Part shown: piece after piece, positions 10,201 to 18,840 of the stretch
How the letters are laid out: every line of letters begins with the position of its first letter
Numbering within the stretch: position 1 is the first letter of the stretch
Virus record (IMG/VR): IMGVR_UViG_3300047546_000864
Location: 1-64,000 of that record
DNA: 64,000 nucleotides
Source of the DNA: an uncultured virus (IMG/VR IMGVR_UViG_3300047546_000864)
Taxonomy: Duplodnaviria; Heunggongvirae; Uroviricota; Caudoviricetes; Kyanoviridae
Reading direction: 5' to 3' (one strand)
The notes under the pieces: model-generated
Databases searched by the model: none
What the model was told of the DNA's origin: nothing
The model's input: only the letters and a program-made list of their open reading frames with translations
Translations under genes and position numbers: made by a program

Positions 10201-12495
10201 AAGCAATCGGTGGTGGTGGAGGCGGAGCATCAGGAAGAGTTACGGGAACATTAGGTTCTGGTGGTGGTGGTGGTTCTGGTGCTTATAATTCTTGGTTAAT
10301 TCGTCGTGGAGAACTTGGAAGTGCTTCTACGATGACCGTGACTGTTGGTGCTGGTGGTCGTGGTGGAAACAATCGTGGAATGAGTACGAGTACTGATGGA
10401 ATTGTATGGGAGACTGTTCCTGGTGGATCTGGTCTTACTTATTCAGTTCAAAAACTATTGTATAATAATCCATACTATGTTGCACTTTTTACGGCATCTG
10501 GAATTACAGTATCTACTGATAATGGAGTTACTTGGAGAATTAGAACAACTGGTTATTCTTCAATTACAACTTTTTCATCGTTAACTTATGGTAATAGTCC
10601 TACTGATACTTATGTTGCAGGTGATAATGCTGGTAGACTGATAACTTCAACGGACACAATTATTTGGACTTTAAGAACTGCTGGTACTACTGTATCTCAT
10701 AATGCTCTTGTTTTTGCAAATAATACTTACGTTGCTGGTTGCCCTGCTGGAAGATTACTTACTTCAACAGACGCAATCACCTGGACTTTAAGAACTTCAA
10801 ATACTGCACAAACTTTTTATGCTCTCACTTTTGCAAATAATACTTATGTTGTTGCTGGTGATTCTGGAGTATTAAACACTTCAACAAACGCAATTCAATG
10901 GACTTTAAGAACTTCTGGAATAATTAATACTATATTAGGATTAATATTTGGAAATAATCTTTATGTTGCTGGTAGTACTCTTGGAGTCATAGTAACCTCA
11001 ACAGATACAATTGTTTGGACTTTAAGAACTTCAGGAACCACCACACAATTAAATGCCCTCTCATACACAAACAATCTCTACATAACAGCAGGTGCTTCTG
11101 GAGTTCTTGCATCATCTACAGACACAATCACTTGGACGCAAAGAACCTCACTCTTTAAGGCACAAAACATCAACGCACTCACATACGGAACAGTCTTTGT
11201 TGCTGGTGGTGTTAGTTCTGGTGGTGGAAGTTCTGGTAGTGGATCAAGTGTTACTTGGATTGGAAATACTCCAACAGGTACTGCGACTTATCAATTAACT
11301 GCTGCTACTGGTGGTGGAGCAAGTGATACAGCAACCACAGCAGGAACCCAAGGTTCATCTTTAGTTGCAACAACAAATAATCTTTATACTACTGCTGGTG
11401 GTGCTGGTGGTGCTGGATTATCAGCATTAGCAACTTCAAACTCTTCTACACAAGCAAGTGCATTCCAAGTTTCTGGTGGTGGAGGAGGAGCATATAATAC
11501 CAATACAGGAGGTAATTCAGTTTCTTATTATTATGGAAATACTGCTACAACGAGTGGTGGAAGTAATACTGGTGGTAATGGTGCTGATGGTATTCCTGGA
11601 AGTTATACTGGGTCTTATGGTTCTGGTGGAGGTGGTGGAGGTGCTTTGAGCACTGGAATTAATAGTTGGTATGCAAGAACTGCTGGTTTTGGTGGTAATG
11701 CTATTAATAATATCACTTTTGGAAACAATACTTATGTTGCTGCTGGTGCTAATGGTACATTAAATACTTCAACAGACGCAATCACTTGGACCTTAAGAAC
11801 TTCTGGGAATTCTACTGCGAGTATTAATGCTATTATTTTTGCAAACAATACTTATATCACTGCAGATAATGGTGGAACATTAAACACTTCAACAGACGCA
11901 ATCACTTGGGAGTTAAGAACTTCTGGGTATGGTGGTACTTGGTATACTCTTACTTTTGGTAATGGTATTCATATTGTTGGTGGTATTAGTGGAAGGTTAA
12001 GTACATCAACAGACACAATTACTTGGACCTTAAGAACTTCTGGTTTTGGTGGTAATGCTATTAATAATATCACTTTTGGAAACAATACTTATGTTGCTGG
12101 TGGTGCTTCTGGAGTATTAAACACCTCAACAGATACAATCACCTGGACCTTAAGAACTGCTAGTTTTGGTTCTAATGGTATTACTGCGATCACCTACGCA
12201 AACAATCTCTATGTTGCTGGTGGTGGTACTTTCCCCATGACTGTAAATATCTCAACTGATGCAATCACTTGGCAATTAAGAACTGTTGGATTTTCTGGAA
12301 ATACTTTAAGGGGACTTACATATGGGAATAATATCTATGTTTTATGTGGTGATTCTTCTCAATTGAGAACTTCAACTGATACTATTGTGTGGATTGCTAG
12401 AACTACTGGGGTTTCTTTTGTTTTAAATAATATTATTTTTGGTAATAATCTTTTTGTATCTGGTGGTACTAGTGGTGGACTTATAACAGCATCAG
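2300..12495 (+). repeat. Dispersed coding repeat, about 63 blades of ~115-125 nt, with conserved core TCAACAGACGCAATCACTTGGAC(T/C)TTAAGAACT
   Basis: The core recurs dozens of times in frame, encodes STDAITWTLRT and is followed by a hypervariable segment. Confidence 0.95.
7291..9066 (+). CDS. Paralogous glycine-rich protein with one 7-repeat Asp-box propeller module
   Basis: Same N-terminus type (TDVVNKDYVD..LPSQTGNAGKFL), QEFT..IEAVGAGGGG, 7 repeats, C-terminal GGDGYVKITWW. Strong RBS AAGGAGG upstream. Confidence 0.75.
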   Translation: MTTAGSNFISGITTTVFASTDVVNKDYVDANAQPLPSQTGNAGKFLLTTDGTSLSWDYVSNYQEFTSTGAQTFTVPSYTNLLFIEAVGAGGGGSAGQTTAQAGVTWTIRTAINISSSGGGNVTFGNSLFISGVNSNTIVVSTDAISWILRTAVFNTSPSSAEYLNGNYFVGGNVFLTTSTDTITWILRTTAGMVTGITFGNSIYLATGTGLPLESSTDTINWTLRTGGGIGGSSSVGFGNGIFLAGGFSGILNTSTDAITWTLRTSGFNTTINVFTYTTFYVAGGNSGVLNTSTDAITWTLRTSGFGANNIRTLTFGNNIYVAGGDSGRLNTSTDAITWTLRTFVSTTLLISSTYGNNTFLFSGSGGPTSLHTSYSQASGAGGGAGSYTSWYIPKAIVSSNLTINPGVGGAGATTDAATGSAGAGTTVSWTGPGGTYTITASGGSGTAAGAAQLTSQSSSFYTTAGLSGANQSPGIGITATAQTNQFQPTGGGSGAGSTSSAGGSGGVINVYGITTSASGGDSTGTNGTNAIVISGLPYGSGGGGGGASVSIAATGGNGARGGGGGGGASIGSTFGSGGNGGDGYVKITWW

Positions 12496-12638
12496 ACACC
12501 ACAGCATCAGCAGCAGGACACGGAGGAAATGGAACTCGTGGTGGTGGTGGAGGTGGAGGTGGATACTCCATAGAACAAAACAAATTTGGTGTTGGTGGTG
12601 ATGGTGGAAATGGATACGTAAAAATTACCTGGTGGTAA
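9096..12638 (+). CDS. Paralogous glycine-rich protein with three 7-repeat Asp-box propeller modules
   Basis: Same scaffold, 21 repeats, C-terminal GGNGYVKITWW. Late-promoter-like ATAAATA near 9067-9073. Confidence 0.75.
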   Translation: MATLDSNKVTSVSVVSGTTDAVNRQYLDDNALPSLTGNAGRFLAVYPGAQYWVLRTSGSVSGLGANVYTTFYVAGGVSGRLNTSTDAVTWTSRTSGFGLSNINALTYSTFYVAGGFSGILNTSTDAITWTLRTSGFATTIIYALTFANNLYIAAGDSGVLNTSTDAITWTLRTSNFGGSQYIQSVTFANNTYVAGGVAGIIKTSINGIVWVARTSGFGGDAIIVLNFLNNAYVAGGGSGKLSTSTDAITWTLRTTGTGQNIRNLTYGNNTYVAGGSNGTLITSTDTIIWSIRTSLVTNSINGIVFANNAYTAFVGGGEIITSQATQKIWEPINATTTTPQDPVSYKGSQEFTSSGTFFIPPTATQFYIEAIGGGGGGASGRVTGTLGSGGGGGSGAYNSWLIRRGELGSASTMTVTVGAGGRGGNNRGMSTSTDGIVWETVPGGSGLTYSVQKLLYNNPYYVALFTASGITVSTDNGVTWRIRTTGYSSITTFSSLTYGNSPTDTYVAGDNAGRLITSTDTIIWTLRTAGTTVSHNALVFANNTYVAGCPAGRLLTSTDAITWTLRTSNTAQTFYALTFANNTYVVAGDSGVLNTSTNAIQWTLRTSGIINTILGLIFGNNLYVAGSTLGVIVTSTDTIVWTLRTSGTTTQLNALSYTNNLYITAGASGVLASSTDTITWTQRTSLFKAQNINALTYGTVFVAGGVSSGGGSSGSGSSVTWIGNTPTGTATYQLTAATGGGASDTATTAGTQGSSLVATTNNLYTTAGGAGGAGLSALATSNSSTQASAFQVSGGGGGAYNTNTGGNSVSYYYGNTATTSGGSNTGGNGADGIPGSYTGSYGSGGGGGGALSTGINSWYARTAGFGGNAINNITFGNNTYVAAGANGTLNTSTDAITWTLRTSGNSTASINAIIFANNTYITADNGGTLNTSTDAITWELRTSGYGGTWYTLTFGNGIHIVGGISGRLSTSTDTITWTLRTSGFGGNAINNITFGNNTYVAGGASGVLNTSTDTITWTLRTASFGSNGITAITYANNLYVAGGGTFPMTVNISTDAITWQLRTVGFSGNTLRGLTYGNNIYVLCGDSSQLRTSTDTIVWIARTTGVSFVLNNIIFGNNLFVSGGTSGGLITASDTTASAAGHGGNGTRGGGGGGGGYSIEQNKFGVGGDGGNGYVKITWW

Positions 12639-12683
12639 AACTTGCCTAGATATGATAGAATGAATTCAATATGACTTTATTGT

Positions 12684-13406
12684 ATGCCCCTGAATTATAC
12701 AAATCAAACGACAAGTACAAGTCTTAAAGGAAAAACCATTGCTTTCTGTCTTCCAGGATTGATGTATTCTGGAACTTTTATGACTCAGTTCATAAGATTA
12801 CTGTTTGACCTGAATCAACAAGGAATTAATTTTTATATCTCCCAACAATACAGTTCAATGGTGAATCACGCACGAACTGATTGTTTGCAGGCAGATAATT
12901 ATGCAGGAACGATGCTCACTCCTTTTAGAGGACAGGTTCCTTATGATTATATTATGTGGATTGATAGTGATATTATCTTCAAGACAGAAGACCTGATTGA
13001 ACTTCTTAAAATGAATAAGGATATTGCTGCTGGTTGGTATGTTCAATCAAATGGTGGGATTCTTTCCAATCAATCTACTGTTGTAGAAAGAATGAATCAA
13101 CAAGAACTTTATGAGAAAGGTTCTAATAAGTATGAGACTGTTGAAGATATGTCTCGCAGAACAGAACCTTTTAAAGTAGATTATTGTGGTTTTGGTTGGA
13201 TGTTGATTAAGAAAGGTGTCTATGAAAAAATTCCTTATCCTTGGTTTGTTCCGAGAGTGATTCAACTCAAGAAACCAGATGGGACTATTCTTGAAGATGT
13301 CTGCTCTGAAGACATCTCTATGTGTGAAGACTTCCGCAAGTATGGGTTTGATATTTGGGTTCATCCAAAAGTTCGTGTCGGTCACCAGAAAATGATTACT
13401 ATTTAA
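12684..13406 (+). CDS. GT-A fold (GT2-like) glycosyltransferase, cyanophage type
   Basis: YDYIMWIDSDI (DxD motif), VDYCGFGWMLIKKGVYE..YPWF, SEDISMC, VGHQK. Confidence 0.8.
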   Translation: MPLNYTNQTTSTSLKGKTIAFCLPGLMYSGTFMTQFIRLLFDLNQQGINFYISQQYSSMVNHARTDCLQADNYAGTMLTPFRGQVPYDYIMWIDSDIIFKTEDLIELLKMNKDIAAGWYVQSNGGILSNQSTVVERMNQQELYEKGSNKYETVEDMSRRTEPFKVDYCGFGWMLIKKGVYEKIPYPWFVPRVIQLKKPDGTILEDVCSEDISMCEDFRKYGFDIWVHPKVRVGHQKMITI

Positions 13407-13411
13407 ATCTT

Positions 13412-14107
13412 ATGCTAAATTATTCTAATTCACAGCAACAAGAGACAAAACCACATTTTAATGTGGTGATTACAACTCCAGGTAATTCAATGTGTGCGGA
13501 CTATGTAAAGTGTCTGCTCGCAACGATTCATACACTTCAAGCAAATAATATTTCTTGGTTATACCAGAACGAGTATGCTTCTATTATTACAAATGCAAGA
13601 GAAGCAACGATTACAGGTTCAAGAAATCTAGAAGTCTTTAATTCTGCACCAGGTAAAGGTCAATACACTTATGATAAAATCTTCTGTATTGATAGTGATA
13701 TTGTCTGGAATCCAGAGCAGTTTCTAAGACTTTATGCAAGTGATAAGTCAGTTATTTCTGCTGTGTACTTTGAGGCACAGGGAAATGATGCAATGATACA
13801 CAAACAAAAAAATGATTTTAAACCAACCACAAGAGAAGAACTTCAACTTCTTCAACAACTAGGAGAACCGATTGAAGTTTATGGTGTTGGTATGGGATTT
13901 ATGTGCATCAAGTCTGGTGTCTTTGAATCACTCAAAAGACCCTGGTTTGGTCTTGGGAAGGTCATTCAAGAGGTAGATGGAGTAACTTATGAACTTCCAC
14001 TTGGAGAAGACTTATACTTCTGTGAGAGGGTCGCAGAGCAGGGTCATAAGGTTTATGTAGACCCCAACATTATTGTTGGACACATTAAGAGTAATATTGT
14101 ATGTTGA
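13412..14107 (+). CDS. GT-A fold glycosyltransferase, paralogue of the preceding gene
   Basis: YDKIFCIDSDI, GMGFMCIKSGVFE..RPWF, GEDLYFC, VGHIK. Start placed at ATG 13412 (MLNYSN). Confidence 0.8.
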   Translation: MLNYSNSQQQETKPHFNVVITTPGNSMCADYVKCLLATIHTLQANNISWLYQNEYASIITNAREATITGSRNLEVFNSAPGKGQYTYDKIFCIDSDIVWNPEQFLRLYASDKSVISAVYFEAQGNDAMIHKQKNDFKPTTREELQLLQQLGEPIEVYGVGMGFMCIKSGVFESLKRPWFGLGKVIQEVDGVTYELPLGEDLYFCERVAEQGHKVYVDPNIIVGHIKSNIVC

Positions 14108-15534
14108 ATTATACTAACGAAAAGAAAAATCCAAAAACTATCGCAGTTTTCTATCATCTTTATATTCCAGACACCAACAATATGTGGATTTGGTGGGTGG
14201 ATGAACAGATGAGTCTGTTGAAGTCCACTGGTCTTGCTGATAAGGCAACCATTAATATGTGTATTACCCTACCTCTTGGTCTTTATAATTCCAAAACAGG
14301 ACATTCATATGACCAAATGGTGACTGGATATATCAAAGACAGATTCCCATTTGTAAACATCATTGATATGAGAGGTGTGGGGGAACAACCAAATCTTTAT
14401 GAAGGTCAAACACTTGCAAAGATTTATGAGCATTGTCTTCAAGAGGATGGTTATGTCTTCTACTTCCATAATAAAGGAATGAGTTCTTATTCAACCCATA
14501 TTCCTGGTGCGATCAAGGACTGGAGACACTATATGCAGTATTATAATATTGAAAAGTGGGAAGACTGTATTGCAAAACTAGACGAAGGTTATGATTGTTG
14601 TGGTGTTGACTGGGTAGAAAGACACGACATCAAACTTGATTTTGTTGTTCAACATTATGCAGGAAACTTCTGGTGGGCACGAAATGATTACATCCGCAAA
14701 CTGAAGCATCCACTCAAAATTGAAGAGTATATGGATGTAGAAGCAATGATGAGAGAGTTACAGAACTATCGTTATTGTTTTGAATTATGGATGGCTACAG
14801 GACTTCCAAAGCAACATTGTTTCCATTATCGTCGTCATCATCAATACGATAATCAAGGTCTTGAAAGATACTTCACTTATTATCCTCCAGAAATGTATCG
14901 TGATGATGTTGAAAAAGATGAGACGAAATATAATAGGAATAAGTTAGATGTATTAATGGAAGTTGGAAGTAAAAACTTATTCAACTGGAGAGACCATAGA
15001 CAGTTTGCAGATTGGTTAGTTCGTAGAAAGCAACCAGAAACAATTGTTGATTTGGGTGTGGATTATGGATACTCAACATTCTGTTTTGCACTTCCAGAAA
15101 TCGGTCAAGTTTATGGTATTGATAGTTTTGAAGGAGATATTTGTGCTGGAGAAAGAGATACTTATGAATATGTGAGAGATAAAGTTAAAGAACTTGAATT
15201 GAATAATGTTACAATTATCAAAGGGTTCTTTGACGATGTTGTTAAAACTTGGAATAAACCAATTGATATTTTGCATATTGATGGTCTTCATACTTATGAA
15301 GCAGTCAGAAATGATTTTGAAAAGTGGATTCCATTTGTAAAAGAAAATGGTATAATATTAATGCATGATACTATGGTTGATGACCCTAAGTTTGGTGTGA
15401 GTAGATTCTTTAAAGAAATTAATTTACCTAAAACAAACTTTGGGCATTGTAATGGATTGGGTGTAGTTGCTGGAGATATAAATCTCATTAATGAAATTAA
15501 AAAGAATTTTGGAGAGTTTATCCGTGAAATTTAA
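14101..15534 (+). CDS. Putative glycosyltransferase-like domain fused to a class I SAM methyltransferase (Methyltransf_24-like)
   Basis: N-terminal YFHNKG/HYAGNFWWA motif. C-terminal IVDLGVDYGYS, YGIDSF, IDILHIDGLHTYE, ILMHD. Confidence 0.7.
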   Translation: MLNYTNEKKNPKTIAVFYHLYIPDTNNMWIWWVDEQMSLLKSTGLADKATINMCITLPLGLYNSKTGHSYDQMVTGYIKDRFPFVNIIDMRGVGEQPNLYEGQTLAKIYEHCLQEDGYVFYFHNKGMSSYSTHIPGAIKDWRHYMQYYNIEKWEDCIAKLDEGYDCCGVDWVERHDIKLDFVVQHYAGNFWWARNDYIRKLKHPLKIEEYMDVEAMMRELQNYRYCFELWMATGLPKQHCFHYRRHHQYDNQGLERYFTYYPPEMYRDDVEKDETKYNRNKLDVLMEVGSKNLFNWRDHRQFADWLVRRKQPETIVDLGVDYGYSTFCFALPEIGQVYGIDSFEGDICAGERDTYEYVRDKVKELELNNVTIIKGFFDDVVKTWNKPIDILHIDGLHTYEAVRNDFEKWIPFVKENGIILMHDTMVDDPKFGVSRFFKEINLPKTNFGHCNGLGVVAGDINLINEIKKNFGEFIREI

Positions 15535-16366
15535 TTTAGTAAGAATTGTTCCTGATAATGGATTTGATGTTCACGCACAAGTCTTTCATGAGATTGAAGC
15601 AGCAATGTTTTTTTCTCTACAACGATTGGGACATGATGTAACAAATAGCACAAATCAATTTGCATCAGACCGAAGAAATATCGTGTTTGGAATGCATCAC
15701 TGTCCTGTTGATGTGGTAAGACATGATATTCCAAAAGGAACAATTGTTTATTCTCTGGAACAAATGAAAGACCAACCAGAGTGTATGCGTTGGTGTCGTA
15801 AGTATCGTGGTCTTGAAGTATGGGATTATTCTCTTCGTAATGTAGAGGTTCTTCAAAAGGCAGGTGTGGAGAATATTAAGTACTGTAAGATTGGTTATGT
15901 TCCAGAGATTTCATACTTTGAAAGAAATAAACCACAAGACCGTGATATTGATATTCTGTTTTATGGATGCCCTTCACCACGAAGAGTTCATATTATGGAG
16001 CAGTTTTCAAACAATCCAAAACTGAACTTTGTTCATATTCAATCAACTTATGGTGATGAACGAGATGAATATATCAAGAGAGCAAAGTTAGTCATCAACC
16101 TTCATAATCACGATAATCAAATCTTTGAAATGGTTCGTGTATCTCATTTGATTCAAAACAAAGTTCCAGTTCTTGCAGAAAGAAACCCTGATACAGACTT
16201 CCCTGATTATATGGAAGACACGGTATTCACTTCAACTTACAATCGTTTTGTGGATACTGCTTACAGACTTCTCAAGAAACCAGAAGAACTTGACGCACAA
16301 GCAGAAAAAGGTCTTGAAATCTTTAAGAAGTCTCCAATGGAAAACTTCTTAAAGGAGGTTTTATGA
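15524..16366 (+). CDS. Putative glycosyltransferase (GT-B-like)
   Basis: DIDILFYG..SPRR, YGDERD..IKRAKLVINLH, FEMVRVS. GTG start with GGAG RBS. Lies within the glycosylation cluster. Confidence 0.6.
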   Translation: MKFNLVRIVPDNGFDVHAQVFHEIEAAMFFSLQRLGHDVTNSTNQFASDRRNIVFGMHHCPVDVVRHDIPKGTIVYSLEQMKDQPECMRWCRKYRGLEVWDYSLRNVEVLQKAGVENIKYCKIGYVPEISYFERNKPQDRDIDILFYGCPSPRRVHIMEQFSNNPKLNFVHIQSTYGDERDEYIKRAKLVINLHNHDNQIFEMVRVSHLIQNKVPVLAERNPDTDFPDYMEDTVFTSTYNRFVDTAYRLLKKPEELDAQAEKGLEIFKKSPMENFLKEVL

Positions 16367-16992
16367 TCCCTCATATTTACCATCAACCTGAGTTTGGTGA
16401 AGACTGGTTTACTTATCCAGAACTTTATAAGGATATGGTAAACAGGTTTCCTTCTGGTAGTAAATTTGTTGAAATTGGGTCATGGAAAGGTAAGTCTTCT
16501 GCTTTTATGTGTGTTGAGATTGCTAATTCTGGAAAGCAAATTGACTTCTATTGTGTAGATACTTTTGAAGGAAGTGTAGAACATCAAAACAATCCAGAAC
16601 TACCACGTCTTTATAATATCTTTAAAGATAATATGAAATCTGTTGAAGGTTATTACCAAGATATGAGAATGTCTTCTATGGAAGCAGTTCAAAAGTTTCA
16701 GGATGAAAGTCTTGATTTTGTTTTTATTGATGGTTCTCACGAATATGAGGACATTAAAGATGATATTATTTCTTGGTTGCCTAAAGTAAAAAGAGGTGGT
16801 GTTCTTGCGGGACACGATTATTATTTTCCACCTCAACCCACTTCTTGGGGTATGAGACCAACTGGAAATAGTTATGAACTAGATCATTATTATAATTCAA
16901 ATGCAAGTAGTGCTTATCGTGCGGTGAGAGAAACACTGGGAAATCAAAATGTACTTGCTGGTTATGATTGTTACGTCTACGAGAAGAAATAA
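16363..16992 (+). CDS. Class I SAM-dependent methyltransferase (Methyltransf_24-like)
   Basis: FVEIGSWKGKS, CVDTF, LDFVFIDGSHEYE, GGVLAGHDY. Confidence 0.85.
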   Translation: MIPHIYHQPEFGEDWFTYPELYKDMVNRFPSGSKFVEIGSWKGKSSAFMCVEIANSGKQIDFYCVDTFEGSVEHQNNPELPRLYNIFKDNMKSVEGYYQDMRMSSMEAVQKFQDESLDFVFIDGSHEYEDIKDDIISWLPKVKRGGVLAGHDYYFPPQPTSWGMRPTGNSYELDHYYNSNASSAYRAVRETLGNQNVLAGYDCYVYEKK

Positions 16993-18840
16993 ATGAAAGT
17001 CATTGATAGTTTTTTATTCTTTAATGAGTTTGATATAGTCAAACTGCGATTGAATTATCTTAAGAATGTTGTTGATTACTTTGTAATTAGTGAGTGCAAC
17101 TATACTCACGCAGGTAATCCAAAACCTTATTATCTTGATGAGGTTCTTGGTGAGTTTGATGAAGATATTCGTAGAAAGATTATTCGTCTGAAGTATGAAC
17201 CAGATATTACTGATTATGACTTTTCAAATCGTGATGAATGTAATTTTGAATCTGGATTTTGGAAGATTGAGAGGGGTCAACGAGCACATATCATAGAAGG
17301 TTTGAAACAGTTTTCACCAGATGATTTGTTTATGGTGAGTGATGCTGATGAGATTCCAAGGGCAGAAGCAATTCAGTATTTGAGTCAACAAAGACTTGAA
17401 AGAGATTTTGTTGCAACCGCAAAGTGTGATTTGTTTTATTATAACTTTAAGACCTTTCACGATAGTCTTTGGGGAGGAACTGTCTTCACTACAGTTTCAA
17501 ATGCGACTGAGAAGGGATGTGATTTCTTAAGATACAAAGCATATGAGTTTCCTTTTGTTGAACAAGGTGGGTGGCACTTCTCATATTTTGGTGACACCGA
17601 AAGAATTAGAACCAAATTACAATCATTTGCACACCAAGAATTCAATAAAGATGCTATAATTAATGATAGTAATATTTTGAATGCGATTGAATCTAAAAAA
17701 GATTTGTTCGGTAGGAATGAAAACTTTAAAGACTACAACTTTAGTAACTTTCCAGAAGAATTAAGAAGTCTGATTACAAAAATATTTCCAAAGGAGTTTT
17801 ATGAAATGATGCAACCAGAAGTAATTACAAAACCAGAATATCTTCATAATAATATGCCTCCACTTCTGGAAGCAGTTCTCAACCCTGATGGTGTAGGTGG
17901 CACCGAACTTATGGGTCGCTCCTGGCAAGACTATGTTCTTCCTGCTGCTCCTGACCTTGCTGACTGGCACTGGGCAGTCATTCCAGGTGATAATACTTTG
18001 TCTCCCGATAGTTCTAATATCGTGTGGTTACACCCTCACCATATGGAAGAGGGTATTGAACGACTATTAGATAAGGAATTCCAGAAACACTTTAAGGCAT
18101 ACGTGTTTGTCTCTAACTGGCAGTATGAGAGGTTTGGTGAAAGACTTCAACTGCCGATGGAGAAGTGTTATGTTCTGAAAAATGCAACGCAACCATTCCC
18201 AGTTCATAAGAAACCAGAAGGAAAACTGCAACTGATGTTCCATTCAAATCCAATTCGTGGATTGGATATTCTTCTTGAAAGTATTAAACTCATTCCAGAA
18301 GAAGACTTTGAACTTCACATTTTCCATGAACTTGACCCTGATGAAAGGAAAAAACAATTCCAACAGGGTCTTCAAACTTACGAATACTCACATATTAATC
18401 CACAAGAAGAACAGTTTCTTCGGTATTGTTTAAGTCTTGCAAATCAGGATAAGAGAGTTGTTCGTCACACACGCACAAATAATTCTAAGATTCGTGAGCA
18501 ACTGATGAATACTCACATCTTTGCTTATCCAACTTACTTTATGGAAACATCTTGTATTTGTATGATTGAAGCATTGTGTGCTGGATGCTCTGTGCTTTCT
18601 TCTAACCTTGCTGCACTTCCTGAGACTGGTCTTGGGTTTGCAAGACACTATGGTTTTATTCCAGACCGTCAAAAACATATTGAACGATTTACTAGAGAAC
18701 TCAAGAGAACCATTACTGAGTATCGTAATGGTGAGTTTGATAATACAAGACAGGTTGAAATTTGTAATGAGTATTATAGTTGGGAAACCAGAGTGAAAGA
18801 CTGGGTTCAATTCTCTAAGGAGTTGTGGAGGAAAGGATAA
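16993..18840 (+). CDS. Two-domain glycosyltransferase: GT17-like N-terminus plus GT-B (GT4-like) C-terminus
   Basis: IDSFLFFNEFD..VDYFVISE, SDADEIP, GGWHFSYFG..KLQSFAHQE (GT17-like). GGTE, RGLDILL, YPTYFMETSCICMIEA..G, LAALPET (GT-B). Confidence 0.8.
   Translation: MKVIDSFLFFNEFDIVKLRLNYLKNVVDYFVISECNYTHAGNPKPYYLDEVLGEFDEDIRRKIIRLKYEPDITDYDFSNRDECNFESGFWKIERGQRAHIIEGLKQFSPDDLFMVSDADEIPRAEAIQYLSQQRLERDFVATAKCDLFYYNFKTFHDSLWGGTVFTTVSNATEKGCDFLRYKAYEFPFVEQGGWHFSYFGDTERIRTKLQSFAHQEFNKDAIINDSNILNAIESKKDLFGRNENFKDYNFSNFPEELRSLITKIFPKEFYEMMQPEVITKPEYLHNNMPPLLEAVLNPDGVGGTELMGRSWQDYVLPAAPDLADWHWAVIPGDNTLSPDSSNIVWLHPHHMEEGIERLLDKEFQKHFKAYVFVSNWQYERFGERLQLPMEKCYVLKNATQPFPVHKKPEGKLQLMFHSNPIRGLDILLESIKLIPEEDFELHIFHELDPDERKKQFQQGLQTYEYSHINPQEEQFLRYCLSLANQDKRVVRHTRTNNSKIREQLMNTHIFAYPTYFMETSCICMIEALCAGCSVLSSNLAALPETGLGFARHYGFIPDRQKHIERFTRELKRTITEYRNGEFDNTRQVEICNEYYSWETRVKDWVQFSKELWRKG

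Noticed and set aside
2300..12495. CRISPR- or TIGR-like array suggested by the regularly spaced ~33-nt core
   Set aside because: The repeats are in frame in long ORFs, vary at synonymous positions, and the 'spacers' are homologous to each other. No cas operon or Nop-domain gene was recognised.
1976..12638. Diversity-generating retroelement or invertase shufflon
   Set aside because: No reverse transcriptase or site-specific recombinase in the window. The duplicated tracts are identical rather than adenine-mutated, and all are in direct orientation.
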